A stretch of DNA of 64,000 nt from Candidatus Thorarchaeota archaeon (GCA_048882325.1 JBHLRS010000001.1:32001-96000), one strand, 5' to 3'. Positions 1 through 10,738 are shown, counted from the stretch's first letter. A program made the numbers and translations. The notes: generated by a model from the letters alone, not told the origin.

Positions 1-878
1 AGATGACTGGTATACTTGCAGCCACCATGGCATTCACAATGAGTCGCGCCTATGGTGAAACAGTTCACCTATATCCTGATGGAATCCTCTCACCTGGCAA
101 TACCAGGGTCTATCACATCGCGATGACAACATCTACGATAATGAACATCACAAGTCGTTGGTACGGAGGGGGCGTGGCATTTCGACTCTACCAGCCTAAT
201 GACATCCTTCTGGACTCAGCAATATATCCCAGCGCCTCTCCTTGGGAACCTAGTCTTGCTCTATCCACCAGCATCACTAGTCCTGGTCTTTACCGCTTGG
301 AAATTGACAATATGAATTCTGAATCAATCGGTTTCGAAGCAGAGATTGTCTATGAATCCGATATGGATAACAATGGTGTTTTAGACGATGAAGAGTACTG
401 GCTTGATTCTTCACTTTTTGAGATTGACTCTGATTCGGATTCACTGAGTGATGCAATGGAGATTGTCTTGGGTACAGATAGTAACGAGATAGATTCAGAC
501 TCTGATTCTATGCCAGATGGGTGGGAATACGATCAAGGTTTTGATCCGACTGACCCCTCTGATGCCGCTGATGACGAAGATCAGGATGGACTTAGTAATG
601 CACAAGAATATAGTGGCGGTCTAAACCCTTTGTCAGCAGATTCTGATAATGACTCTCTACCGGATCTTTGGGAGCTAGAGAATGGGCTCGATCCTTTGGT
701 TCCTGATGCTGAACTCGATCCTGATGGGGACGGTCGAACAAACCTCGAAGAGTATGAGGCTGGAACCAATCCGCAGTTGGTAGAGACCGAACCCCTCAAC
801 CTCACATGGACTATAATTCCTTTTGGAGCGATAATCCTTGTTTGTATGGCAGTATGGGGTTATCGAAAGTATTCGTAA
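1..878 (+). CDS. Membrane-anchored surface protein with acidic Ca-binding (TSP3-like DxDxDG) repeats; probably 5'-truncated by the window edge
   Basis: Repeated [12 protein letters not shown] / [12 protein letters not shown] / [12 protein letters not shown] / [12 protein letters not shown] / [12 protein letters not shown] units; C-terminal hydrophobic helix followed by basic tail YRKYS. Confidence 0.8.
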   Translation, partial: MTGILAATMAFTMSRAYGETVHLYPDGILSPGNTRVYHIAMTTSTIMNITSRWYGGGVAFRLYQPNDILLDSAIYPSASPWEPSLALSTSITSPGLYRLEIDNMNSESIGFEAEIVYESDMDNNGVLDDEEYWLDSSLFEIDSDSDSLSDAMEIVLGTDSNEIDSDSDSMPDGWEYDQGFDPTDPSDAADDEDQDGLSNAQEYSGGLNPLSADSDNDSLPDLWELENGLDPLVPDAELDPDGDGRTNLEEYEAGTNPQLVETEPLNLTWTIIPFGAIILVCMAVWGYRKYS

Positions 879-976
879 GTAATTTTGTGCTTTTGCACGC
901 AGAAGTAAATCGTAAATATAGCACAGAGCGATTACTCACTAGGGCATCGCGACGATTCGCGAGGAGAGAGTTTCAT

Positions 977-1669
977 ATGCCAACATTATACTCGTTAACA
1001 TACGACCTTCTAGAGAATCAGGAGAAATACGGAGATTTCTTGAAGTCGATTAAGAACTTGGAAAAGAAAGTCAAAATGGCTGAACCTTACGTAGTACAAG
1101 CTGTTGAGCGGCTCCAAAAGTTTCTTTCGACTATAAAGGAAGCAAAGCAAGCACGGATTCAGCAGGAGCTTCAAAGTATTTTAGATGATGAGATGTTCAA
1201 AAGAGGTGCAAGTGTAATTGAATTCTCTAAAGGTGTTACTATCGGAAAGACGCTAAAGGTAGAAAATACGAAGCAATTAGCATTCTTCCAGAAAGAAAAA
1301 CAGACCTTGAGGACTCTAAAGAGATATACAATAGACTCAGTTAAGGAAATCCCTGTGCGAGATGGTCCTGATAAAAAGATATGTAGAATTATTGAAGCAA
1401 CAAGGAAGACCAAAGAGCGATTCACATTTTATGATTATCTTGACTCATCGACTTGGACAGAAGAGGTTGAACACCACAGAACATTGGACGATATCAATGA
1501 TCTCTTTCCTGTGAAGGGAATTTCAATCCTAGAGGGGAGAGTCATTTTAGGGAATAAGGATTATGCACTAGATATCACCGAGTCTGTACGACAAAAAGCA
1601 AAGGAATCATACAAGAAACTCCTGAAGGTCGAGGGCAAATTCATCGGAAAAAGGGGGAAAAGTGAATGA
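977..1669 (+). CDS. Hypothetical Lys-rich soluble protein
   Basis: Long ORF; ATG at 977 follows GAGGAG; stop overlaps the next start (ATGA). Confidence 0.7.
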   Translation: MPTLYSLTYDLLENQEKYGDFLKSIKNLEKKVKMAEPYVVQAVERLQKFLSTIKEAKQARIQQELQSILDDEMFKRGASVIEFSKGVTIGKTLKVENTKQLAFFQKEKQTLRTLKRYTIDSVKEIPVRDGPDKKICRIIEATRKTKERFTFYDYLDSSTWTEEVEHHRTLDDINDLFPVKGISILEGRVILGNKDYALDITESVRQKAKESYKKLLKVEGKFIGKRGKSE

Positions 1670-2583
1670 GCGATGATATTACACCTGCTATCGATTCTCT
1701 CTTGGTTTTCATTCTCAAAGTCGGTGATGGCGACAGCATTATTGTGCAACTCCCTAACCCAGACACCAACGGTCACATGGTTATCGATTGTAAAAGGGCA
1801 AAAGACACTACGGATTGGTTACGTGCCATCAATGCAAGTAGACTCGCTTTAGTGGTCGCGACCCATCCGCATTATGATCACATTGCTGGCTTAGAAAGTG
1901 TCATTGGGATGTACTCTGGAAAGATAGACCAGTTTTGGGATAGTGGTTTCAGACACACCTCAGTGACTTGGGATAATCTGACAGAAGAGGTAAACAAGTC
2001 CCAGGCACTGTTTCTGCGACCTACATCTGGAATGTATATCACATTTGCTGACGTGAAAGTGACAGTTCTCGCTCCCTCAATATATCTACGGAACCGGTAT
2101 GACTCCTACGGAGTGAACATCAATAACGCATCAATCGTCTTGAAACTGGAATATGGCGGGAAATCAATCATCCTTGCTGGAGACGCACAATGGGATAGTT
2201 GGAGCAAGATGGTAGAGGAATTCCCACGCTATGAGAAGACAGAGAATCCTGACCAACATGTGCAGATTGACAAATCTCATAATCCGCTGAGATGTAATGT
2301 CCTGAAGGTTGCACATCATGGAAGCAAACACGGAACTGCGCTCGAACCACTCGAGGTCCTAAATCCCAAATATGCCATCATCACTCACGCTCAAAATAGC
2401 AGGTATGAATTCCCACATCATATTACCAGCATGACCTTAGAAGAGATTGATACTAGTGTGTTATCTACAGCAATTTGTGGTAATATCATGGTTGAGATTA
2501 CTAAAAGTGGTACATTGAATGTCTATGAAGATGTAAGTGTAAATCAACAGGATTCCAATAAGTTTCAAGGGCGAGTACGCTAG
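1666..2583 (+). CDS. ComEC/Rec2-type metallo-beta-lactamase-fold hydrolase (no membrane domain)
   Basis: VGDGDS, THPHYDHIAG, NNASIVLKLEYG, LAGDA, LKVAHHGSK motifs. Confidence 0.85.
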   Translation: MSDDITPAIDSLLVFILKVGDGDSIIVQLPNPDTNGHMVIDCKRAKDTTDWLRAINASRLALVVATHPHYDHIAGLESVIGMYSGKIDQFWDSGFRHTSVTWDNLTEEVNKSQALFLRPTSGMYITFADVKVTVLAPSIYLRNRYDSYGVNINNASIVLKLEYGGKSIILAGDAQWDSWSKMVEEFPRYEKTENPDQHVQIDKSHNPLRCNVLKVAHHGSKHGTALEPLEVLNPKYAIITHAQNSRYEFPHHITSMTLEEIDTSVLSTAICGNIMVEITKSGTLNVYEDVSVNQQDSNKFQGRVR

Positions 2584-3241
2584 GTTGGTATTTGCGAATG
2601 CTTCTTAGGGATGAGTCTGGGAGTTACCCATTGTTGTCTTCTTCGATTTACTACCTCGAAAGAATCTGTGAGTTCATTCAAGGTCATCGATGAAGAATGA
2701 TAACGGAAGTGTGGTTGGTTGCCTTTATGCTTTGATTGGTGGTTTGTTAAAAGGGTATCAATCTGGTGAGTCTTATCTATGCAATGATGATTATGAGCTT
2801 ATGTTCTCTATCACTTCGCATAAATCTAAGAAAGGTAGTCTCCGTACTGTGGTCGATAGAGTGGCAGGGACTAGTTCTTACTTGGTGTCACATTACACAG
2901 CTCCCCCCGTCCTGGTTCTACCACATACATTGCTCTGCTGAACCTTCGACCACACCTATTCTGCTGGAAAAGGAAGGCTGATAGAGCAGTTAGTAATCAG
3001 TGTCTATCTGTTCATTCACACAAACAGTAAATGCAAACTATGCAGCATAATCGACGTGTGTGTAGCTCTGATTGTCACAGGTAAGAAAGCGTGGTCTGCG
3101 AGGGGTTGCATACACACCTCTAACTACAGTTTCTCGGTCAGTCCATCAAGACAATATACTCACCGATTGCTTCCACAGCTGATCCTCTTCTGGACTACTC
3201 CCACGAAACTTGCGAGTCAATCAGTGGAACACTTGTTTCTT

Positions 3242-3277
3242 GAAAAAGAGAAATGTGTGGACGGCACAACCGTCCAC
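3242..3277 (-). terminator. Hairpin + U-tract terminator of the SPFH gene
   Basis: GTGGACGG-N5-CCGTCCAC stem followed on the minus strand by TTTCTCTTTTT. Confidence 0.7.
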
Positions 3278-3288
3278 TTACAATTTGT

Positions 3289-4173
3289 CTATCCTACTTT
3301 TGAACCACAGTTGGGACAGAACTTTGCACCTTCCAGTGCAGTTCCACAATTAGCGCAGAACTTGGCACCAGCAGGGGTTCCAGCTGGGCCACCCTGACCC
3401 TGTCCACCTTGCATCATGCCTGCAGCGGCACCCATGAATCCCATACCAGCTCCAAAGCCAGCACCTGGACTTCTACCTAGTGATTCTGCAGAGTCTTTGA
3501 CTGTTTCAGCGCCCATGACTTGCTGTCCACTGACGCCACCTGTCTTCAGCCAGAATAATCTCTCTCTGTACTTCTCTGTGGTATCGATTCCTTCAAACTT
3601 CAGGTCCACTAGTTCTAGACCAATCCTCTCAAAGTTCATGCGAACCTTGGTCTTTACCTTGAGAGAGGTCTCATCTAGTTGTGTGAAGACTGCCTGTAGA
3701 TCATAATGAGCGAACTCGTCAATGATACGCTCGTTCATGAATGAGCGTAGGAAATCGTTTACCTTCTTGGTTGAGAAGGCATTTTGATTACTGACTACTT
3801 CATTAGTGAAGATCTTTGGCTCTTTAACTCTGAACCAGAAGTTTCCATGGAACATTAACGGGGCTAAGTCACTTGTCTGACCTCTTCCTCCGAACTTACC
3901 TTGAAACTGTGAGCGGGAGATGAAAATGCAAGTGGCTTCAAAGACATCGCCCTTGACCTTCTTCTGCAACCAACCCACGAGGCCAGGCATACTGCTCGTG
4001 GTCAACTTGTGACGGCCAGCAAGGAAAGTATCCAGAGCCTTACCATCCCTGTAGAAGATAGCGGCCTGGTTTTCCATAACAATTAGCTGTGATCCCCATC
4101 TAATCCTATTATCTGGATAACGCCAAACAATGTGATCCGGACTGGCGTTAGTCCACTCTATCGCGTCGGCCAT
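3289..4173 (-). CDS. SPFH (band-7, YdjI-like) domain protein with C-terminal double zinc ribbon
   Basis: IVWRYP..I.WGSQLIV.ENQ.AIF..DGKALDTF..GRH.L.T signature; Gly/Met-rich linker; KFCANCG..AKFCPNCG. Confidence 0.85.
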   Translation of the reverse strand: MADAIEWTNASPDHIVWRYPDNRIRWGSQLIVMENQAAIFYRDGKALDTFLAGRHKLTTSSMPGLVGWLQKKVKGDVFEATCIFISRSQFQGKFGGRGQTSDLAPLMFHGNFWFRVKEPKIFTNEVVSNQNAFSTKKVNDFLRSFMNERIIDEFAHYDLQAVFTQLDETSLKVKTKVRMNFERIGLELVDLKFEGIDTTEKYRERLFWLKTGGVSGQQVMGAETVKDSAESLGRSPGAGFGAGMGFMGAAAGMMQGGQGQGGPAGTPAGAKFCANCGTALEGAKFCPNCGSKVG

Positions 4174-4419
4174 GATTCATCGACTCGTAATGTTGTATCG
4201 AGTTCTGTTTTGGATAGAGTTCTCATATGTTTTAAACATTGACATGGTATGTTCCGTAAGCCAATTTCTGTTTTGCAAACTCATTCTCTGCCTGTACTAA
4301 CGAGGATATATTGTAACACGTCATAATGGTGAAACTGACAGGTGAAACAATAAAAAGGTCGTACTTTTGCTCCTAAGCGTTTAGTTATATGAGACCTGAT
4401 AAATTCCAATGTGTGAGTT

Positions 4420-4854
4420 TTGATGAATGAGGAATCGAGCAAAACCGTTAAACATAGATCTCGACCCTTCAATCCCCTTGCTACTTATGCGATTTACACT
4501 GGACTAGTACTAGTTGGTTACATCCTCTTCTGGCTTTTCCATTATCCTGCCTTGATTGCATTCACCATGTTCTTTGTCATCATTCTGATTAGAGACACAT
4601 TTCATGTAGTGAAAACATACGAACTTCCATTTGCTAGAAAGGCTGCAGTAATTAACCTCTGCTACTCACTCACCTTCTTTGTAGTTCTTGTGGTCAACGG
4701 TACGGCACTTAGTCAGGGACTACCTCCTCCCATTTGGCCGGAATTCACTGAACTTGCTTCTTGGTCGCCAATGTTCATTCTTGGTGGCGTTTTTGGAATG
4801 GCAAACATCAAGCGCATGTATGGACCAAGGAAGACTGGTTTTCAATATCCCTGA
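4420..4854 (+). CDS. Hypothetical membrane protein (about 4 TM)
   Basis: Four hydrophobic segments. Confidence 0.65.
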   Translation: MMNEESSKTVKHRSRPFNPLATYAIYTGLVLVGYILFWLFHYPALIAFTMFFVIILIRDTFHVVKTYELPFARKAAVINLCYSLTFFVVLVVNGTALSQGLPPPIWPEFTELASWSPMFILGGVFGMANIKRMYGPRKTGFQYP

Positions 4855-4856
4855 GG

Positions 4857-5612
4857 TCATAGCTCGAGAACCATCATATCCTCACCCATCACAACCTCTG
4901 CATTTGTCCGTCTACTAATTATATCTATGACCTTGTTCTTTTTTGCTACAACCTCTGGTGAAACATGAGTCATCACTAGTTTCGATGGGTCTGCTTCTTC
5001 AACGATATTTGCAAGCTCACTTGGGCTTGTGTGTACACCCTCTGGATGCGGTCCATCTAGCCAGTTGCACTCATGGACAAGCACATCCGTACCTTTTGCT
5101 AGGTCAATGACTTCCCTGCAAGGTGAAGTATCTGACGAGAATGTTAAACTCTTCCCATTATACTCAACCTTGAAAGCTCTAGTGTCATACTTGCTATGAA
5201 GCGTAGGTGAAGATACAATCGTGAGATTCCCAATAGGTATTACTTGATTTTCCTGAAGTGCAGTCGTTTCAATGCCAATTTTATCCCGGAGATATTTGAA
5301 AGCTATATCATTGACTCCCCTTGACCATTCCCTCACAGTGGGAGGTGCAAATAGCTTCAAGGTCTTGTCATAACCGGACAACCAAAGACTCTGATACAGG
5401 GGTAGGAAATCTGAGCAATGGTCAATGTGAAAGTGACTGATGAACACTGCATTCAACGTCTTGATATCAATCTCAAGCTGAGTAAGTCGATGGAGAACAC
5501 CTGATCCAATGTCAAGTAAAATACGATTGTTTCCGTCTTCGACCAGAATTCCGGACTGAACCCGATTAGGATCTGGAACAGATGTGCCAGTTCCCAATAA
5601 GACAACTCTCAT
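4857..5612 (-). CDS. RNase Z/BN-like MBL-fold metallohydrolase
   Basis: LLGTGT, LLDIGSG, SHFHIDH, SSDT, LVHEC, HTS, MTH motifs. Confidence 0.85.
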   Translation of the reverse strand: MRVVLLGTGTSVPDPNRVQSGILVEDGNNRILLDIGSGVLHRLTQLEIDIKTLNAVFISHFHIDHCSDFLPLYQSLWLSGYDKTLKLFAPPTVREWSRGVNDIAFKYLRDKIGIETTALQENQVIPIGNLTIVSSPTLHSKYDTRAFKVEYNGKSLTFSSDTSPCREVIDLAKGTDVLVHECNWLDGPHPEGVHTSPSELANIVEEADPSKLVMTHVSPEVVAKKNKVIDIISRRTNAEVVMGEDMMVLEL

Positions 5613-5670
5613 TGCAATCAGTCAAATCTGCTGCTCCCCTTGTATTCAGTCTTCCTTTCTAACACAGGTC

Positions 5671-6054
5671 CTAGAAATCGTAATGCGTGCTCTTTGGCTT
5701 GATTACATAGGTAAAAGCGTTGACCATCAACCTGAGGTCTCTGATTATCTTTCGGTGATCGATTTCAGGAGAACGAAGTCTTCGACTGATTTCTGGACAA
5801 GACACAGCGCGTGCTGTTCTGAGTAAGGGAAGACAATCAACTTGAATATCTCCATTCTCTACACCGTTCCAGATTTCCTCGAGAGCCTCGACGACATTTT
5901 CATGCTGTTTAATGAGAAGGTTCCTGTCGATTCTATTACCAGCATCTTCCATAACAAGCCCAGTCATGCTCTTGGCTTCTGTCACAAAACGAGAACTCAG
6001 ATTCTCACCTGATTTGGTTGACCGATGCAATTCTTCACTGAATCGGTGGTCCAC
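5671..6054 (-). CDS. Hypothetical protein
   Basis: 127-aa ORF co-oriented with neighbours, protein-like composition. Confidence 0.55.
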   Translation of the reverse strand: MDHRFSEELHRSTKSGENLSSRFVTEAKSMTGLVMEDAGNRIDRNLLIKQHENVVEALEEIWNGVENGDIQVDCLPLLRTARAVSCPEISRRLRSPEIDHRKIIRDLRLMVNAFTYVIKPKSTHYDF

Positions 6055-6232
6055 TCCCGGTCACTAGAAAATAACACTGTAAAGCACTATATATTTCCCT
6101 CTTTTTCCAAGGTTGCAATATCAATAAGATAATCCGATAAATATCAGCAATTGTCAATCGGGACAAAGAAAAGGTGAGCCAGAGCAGATGAACTCGGACC
6201 ATTTCTCTCTACTCTGACTCGATGTGTGGGTT

Positions 6233-8179
6233 TTATCCCCTCCTATTTCGTGAGATAAGGAGAACAATTCCAACGAATAGTCCAACAAATCCAAATATAC
6301 CAACAGAGCCTACAAGGAGCGAATCAAATGCTGCTGGCGGAGCTGGATAAGTTGCAGGCAAGGTTGTTGGCTGCGTAGCAGTGGTGGTGCAGGTGTAAGT
6401 TGTAGCTGCATATGCTTCTTCAGTTGATGATGATTCATATGCTGTAAGCGCTATGGCTGTGTATCCACCAATTGCAATCCCGTATTGCATGCCAACACCA
6501 ACGATCATCTCCCTAAGAGTTTCGTTCTCTCCATAGAGCTGTACTTGTTTAAGTAAGAAGTTGATTCTTTGTTGAGCCCAGATGAGTTCCACATGTTCAA
6601 ACTCATCTGTCCCCTCTCCCACAGTGTCTGTGTATGTTTCAGTTCCTGTGACATAATCAATCGACGTTGTGACGGTCATTCCTTCATGATATCTTCCAGA
6701 TACTAGAATTTCTGTACCATTGAAGAAAGCTGTTTCGCCTAGGGACGATAGCGAGATGACCTCTATAGCTCCACTAAAGCCAATCTCATAGTTTTCAGCA
6801 ACTGGCGTTGAAAATGTTGCATAGAAATCAAGTAATTCCGTGCTTGCATCTTCATCAGGCTCAATGAAGACAAAGAACCCATCATTTTGCGCAGCGATAT
6901 TCGCCATTAGGTTCTCGTCAGCGTCTGACCCGAAAGCAACCGTAGCTATTGACACACCAAGAGTGTTTGCCTCATTGATAGCTTGCAGAATGCCATTTGA
7001 ATCTGTTATAGAACCTGCAGTTGGAAGTCCATCAGAGAGCATTAACATGGCTTTTGCATTTGCTCCGTCTGTGAAAGTTTCAAGCCCACGGATCGCTGCA
7101 CCATGGAAGTTAGTTGAACCTCCTGCATCGATCAAGTCTATCCAAGTTTGAGCAGCCTCAATGTTGGCTTCAGAGCCCGAATGAGGTTCATCCCACAGTG
7201 TAAGAATCTGGTTATCAAATGCAATAACACTGAAAATGTCTATTGAACGCAGTCCACCAATCATAGTTCTAAATGCGAGCTTTGCCTGCTGAATCTTTGT
7301 TCCGCTCATCGAGCCTGATCTATCTAACACGAAGACGAATTGTCTTGGCGCACTTTCTACATCCTCAACTATGCTAGGTGCGAGTAGATACACAAAGAAA
7401 TTGTCAGTGCCATTATTGTGCGTTAGGAGCTGAGCCCCTGCAGTCTGTCTATCTAGAGTGTATGTTACACGTATCAATTCCTCCAGTGTCAATGAATCCG
7501 TTTCATATTGCAGATGAATTCCATCTGTAATGTCAGTGACTTGCAGACTCGGGAGTCCGTGAACGGAATATCCCATGACTGGTTCGAAGTTTGATATTAC
7601 TCTGAGATCAAAAGCAAATCCAGTATTCTCAATGCCTGTTCGACCAACTGGAAGTGCCAGAGAATACAGTCCTGAATGTCGAGTCAGCAATCCTTCCACG
7701 AAGATTCTGAGGAGTGCTGTAGCACCAGCTTCGACATTCATTCTTAGGTTGTATCCATCATACAACCTTTGAACTAGAACTGCACTTTTTCCCGCCTCAA
7801 CGCTGTCATTATAGATTCTTACAGCCTCGACTTCGGGGTGTACTCGGCCCCAATACGTTTTGCCATTCAACTCGACAGATATGTTACTTAATCGAAGGCC
7901 TTCCTGAAGTCCAAGAAACCATTCGATCTCTGAAGCCAGAGATGCAGCTTGATTGTCGTAGAAAACACAGTAGCTAATGTTCACGAAATTATCCACAATG
8001 CTTCCTTGAATAGAAACCTCAAATGGTTCAAGCTTCTCATCAGCCAATATCACCTTCGACGGATTTGACTGTAATTCAAATATCACTTGGTTTTGGAGCA
8101 GTGATCCTCCTAGAAGTACTGCTATAATACCGACTAGTATTGCCACGCGATCTCGTTCAGTCACGCAATCCACTCCCAT
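6233..8179 (-). CDS. VIT + vWA domain protein (inter-alpha-trypsin inhibitor heavy-chain-like), with signal anchor and C-terminal TM
   Basis: VIT-like 'EAVRIYNDSVEAGKSAVLV'; MIDAS FVLDRSGSM, GGSTN, LSDGLPT; LIWAQQRI; Thr-rich linker and TM-RNRRG. Start uncertain (8251/8179/8164). Confidence 0.85.
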   Translation of the reverse strand: MGVDCVTERDRVAILVGIIAVLLGGSLLQNQVIFELQSNPSKVILADEKLEPFEVSIQGSIVDNFVNISYCVFYDNQAASLASEIEWFLGLQEGLRLSNISVELNGKTYWGRVHPEVEAVRIYNDSVEAGKSAVLVQRLYDGYNLRMNVEAGATALLRIFVEGLLTRHSGLYSLALPVGRTGIENTGFAFDLRVISNFEPVMGYSVHGLPSLQVTDITDGIHLQYETDSLTLEELIRVTYTLDRQTAGAQLLTHNNGTDNFFVYLLAPSIVEDVESAPRQFVFVLDRSGSMSGTKIQQAKLAFRTMIGGLRSIDIFSVIAFDNQILTLWDEPHSGSEANIEAAQTWIDLIDAGGSTNFHGAAIRGLETFTDGANAKAMLMLSDGLPTAGSITDSNGILQAINEANTLGVSIATVAFGSDADENLMANIAAQNDGFFVFIEPDEDASTELLDFYATFSTPVAENYEIGFSGAIEVISLSSLGETAFFNGTEILVSGRYHEGMTVTTSIDYVTGTETYTDTVGEGTDEFEHVELIWAQQRINFLLKQVQLYGENETLREMIVGVGMQYGIAIGGYTAIALTAYESSSTEEAYAATTYTCTTTATQPTTLPATYPAPPAAFDSLLVGSVGIFGFVGLFVGIVLLISRNRRG

Positions 8180-8460
8180 CAACGGTTGGGATAGCTTGCA
8201 TAAACCTCCGCCTGTGCTCCTCGATACACATGATGAATGATATTCATTCACTCAACTACCCGATATCAGAATGGTATGCTTTCATGAAACATAGGTCTAA
8301 TCATTGAACAAATCGTTCTACAAGTCGAACGGCGCCAAAAGCTCATGATTTAACGAGTAAAAAACCGAGTTTCGCGTTGAAAAGTCGGCATTTGTCGAAT
8401 TCTTTTTTTCAAAAACAACACCGATTTATACTACTTCGTGGCACTTTATGCTACTGCGTG

Positions 8461-8480
8461 AGCCTTCGGGCTAAGGAGTG
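8461..8480 (+). promoter_or_regulatory. Short cUUCGg tetraloop hairpin directly before a GGAGTG ribosome-binding site
   Basis: AGCC-TTCG-GGCT followed by AAGGAGTGAAATG. Confidence 0.4.
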
Positions 8481-8482
8481 AA

Positions 8483-9313
8483 ATGAGCTTGAGTGAACCG
8501 TATGATTTCAAGACTCTAATTCAATACCTAAGCGCTATAGCATTGGCAATATTCTTCTTGATGTACATGCCATGGACATATTTGTCTTCAGCTGTACTTG
8601 ACAATGCCGCACTGACTTGGGTATACTACTTTACTCTAGTAATCGGACTTCTGTTCCCGATGTACTATGCTATTGGAGAGGAGAACACTGCTTGGTTATG
8701 TTTGGGTCTATCCTTGATAATTAACGCTGTTATCTGGATGGCTTTACCGAGTGCAAATATAGTTGCAGCATTCCTTGTTTTATTAGCTGGTTTGCTGTTC
8801 TTCCTTGCACCTTTTCTGGAAAACAGAATGGGTAATTGGGACCTTATAAAGAACGTATTCCATTTCCTGAAAGGTCTGTTTCTGGTGCTCGCTGTGGCGA
8901 TACAGGCAGAGTTCCTGCTAGATGACATGATCGGCGATACTAGTGCTAATCATTTCATGCCTCAATTCATCTACATGGGTGGAGGTATCATGATTGCATT
9001 TGCCTTTGTCCTCATGTGCTATGGTCTCTTCAACATCCTCAAGATGTACACGGGCGACACTATTGGTGGATTCTTCGGGAGTCTGGCCAAGATATTCTAC
9101 ATGCTTATGGTCCTCGTGTTCCTACTAGGTATTCTCTTCAATGTGACCTACTACATTGGGGCAGGTTTGAACTGGACGCCGACGGGAACATCAGCGTCAA
9201 TTGCCTTCTTTGCGGGACTAAACACATTGGCAGACTCAAACCTGACAGCTATCCTGATGTTAATCCTGTTCATCTATGGTATGGGCAAGATTGCTAAGAA
9301 GTTCGAACAGTAG
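8483..9313 (+). CDS. Hypothetical polytopic membrane protein (about 8 TM)
   Basis: Hydrophobic segments throughout; good SD. Confidence 0.75.
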   Translation: MSLSEPYDFKTLIQYLSAIALAIFFLMYMPWTYLSSAVLDNAALTWVYYFTLVIGLLFPMYYAIGEENTAWLCLGLSLIINAVIWMALPSANIVAAFLVLLAGLLFFLAPFLENRMGNWDLIKNVFHFLKGLFLVLAVAIQAEFLLDDMIGDTSANHFMPQFIYMGGGIMIAFAFVLMCYGLFNILKMYTGDTIGGFFGSLAKIFYMLMVLVFLLGILFNVTYYIGAGLNWTPTGTSASIAFFAGLNTLADSNLTAILMLILFIYGMGKIAKKFEQ

Positions 9314-9324
9314 TTTTGGATTAT

Positions 9325-9364
9325 GGAAAAGGAGGTTCTCCTTCTTTTCCTTTCTCTTTCTTTT
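9325..9364 (+). terminator. Hairpin/pyrimidine-tract terminator
   Basis: GGAAAAGGAG-GTT-CTCCTTCTTTTCC followed by a long T/C tract. Confidence 0.55.
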
Positions 9365-9375
9365 GACTCTGCAAA

Positions 9376-10245
9376 TTAATATCTCTCAAAGAGTTTTTCG
9401 AGAATAACAGTCGTACAATTCGCCAACTCAACAAACTGTTCTGCATGCCATCTAGTGCCTTGATTATACCCCCAGTGGATAGGAATAGCATAGGCCAAAT
9501 CCGACGACTGTTTGATATCCTCAACTGCACTTGCCGCCTCATCTGGCTCCATCCAAGCATATCCACTCACTGGTAGCAAAGCAATGTCTGTAGAAACACT
9601 CGTCATCTCTGGTATTCGGTCGGTATCACCAGAATGATAGATCCGTGTACCGTTGAAATCAACAATGACTCCAATGTAATCATATTCTGGCGGATGAAAC
9701 AGGGTTGTTGTTCCTGGTCGATACTTGTCCACATTGTAGGAAGGAACGAATTCAAAGGAGACATCACTAAATGTTAGGTTGTCGCCTGGATAGACTGTAT
9801 AATCTGGATGGAGGAATCCAGCTGGTATCCGTGAGCTAATTGTGAGAGTATCGTCATCTGAGAGTGAATAGATGTCAGCAAGAGAGAAGTGTGGACTGTG
9901 ATCGTGTGTGATGACGATGTAGTCAGCTGTTTCCAAGACCGGATCGTCAATGTTGTCAATATTGTAAGGGTCAATGTATACAACTGTGTCATTGAATTTC
10001 AACTTGAACCCCCCGACAATGATCCACATGAGGTCTACTCCCTCAAACGTGAAGATGTCAGGATTAATTTCCACTTCAGGTTCCGTAGGTTGAGTCGTTG
10101 TACTGGTTGTAGATTCTGATGTAGATGTATTTGTCGAAAAGCCATCTGTTCCGGGAGCAGTGATAGACATCATACCAATGTAGACTCCAAAACCAACAAT
10201 AATCGAAACGATGACTAGTGCCAGTACTTTCGTTTTCTCAGGCAT
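9376..10245 (-). CDS. Membrane-anchored MBL-fold metallohydrolase (UlaG/UPF0173-like)
   Basis: N-terminal TM and Ser/Thr linker; YIDPY, ITHDHSPH, YHSGDT, DIALLPV, IPIHWG. Confidence 0.8.
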   Translation of the reverse strand: MPEKTKVLALVIVSIIVGFGVYIGMMSITAPGTDGFSTNTSTSESTTSTTTQPTEPEVEINPDIFTFEGVDLMWIIVGGFKLKFNDTVVYIDPYNIDNIDDPVLETADYIVITHDHSPHFSLADIYSLSDDDTLTISSRIPAGFLHPDYTVYPGDNLTFSDVSFEFVPSYNVDKYRPGTTTLFHPPEYDYIGVIVDFNGTRIYHSGDTDRIPEMTSVSTDIALLPVSGYAWMEPDEAASAVEDIKQSSDLAYAIPIHWGYNQGTRWHAEQFVELANCTTVILEKLFERY

Positions 10246-10543
10246 AACGGCAAACCTCAAGATATGAAGTGAAAAATCGAAACTCTAGAACCATGAGAGT
10301 TACAATATCTATTAACCCACTTTCCTTGTACGCAAGCGGAGCGACAAATCGACTAGGCAGTACGTTGTTCTAGAGCTGTTCAGTATTACCCAGTCTTATA
10401 GCAACACTTTCTGTGACATGTGCAATGAATGGTGTGTAAGAATGAGACTGACAGGACATCGCGACGCCAAACTGAGCAACAGAGTGCACATTGAGGACGC
10501 CAAACCCTTTGTGTCTGTAACTGAAAGATTTCTCTCATCATCA

Positions 10544-10705
10544 ATGACTAGAATGATTAAGTGTCCACACTGTGGTACAGTCATAGACTTCGCTGAAAAG
10601 GTCAATTGGGAAGGTCCCGACACATTCACCTGCGAAAGTTGCAAACATCACTTGAGTATGCGCCTAATTGACAGGGCACTTCGTGATCTTGGAATCGACC
10701 CATAG
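10544..10705 (+). CDS. Small zinc-ribbon protein
   Basis: CPHCG...CESC; likely start at MTRMIK. Confidence 0.6.
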   Translation: MTRMIKCPHCGTVIDFAEKVNWEGPDTFTCESCKHHLSMRLIDRALRDLGIDP

Positions 10706-10738
10706 CCAAGTATTTAATCATAATCTTTTCTTTCGTCT

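Noticed and set aside
360-790. Repetitive GATTCT/GACTCT DNA as a possible CRISPR array or tandem repeat
   Set aside because: Explained by protein-level DxDxD repeats; no fixed repeat-spacer period
806-976. ORF-track N-terminal extension of the 977 gene
   Set aside because: Overlaps the upstream gene and a likely promoter; the ATG at 977 has an SD
2590-3240. Short ORFs 2690-2941, 2766-2981 and 3056-3397
   Set aside because: No recognisable motifs or SD, and they overlap each other or a terminator; possibly a decayed gene, but I cannot identify a parent
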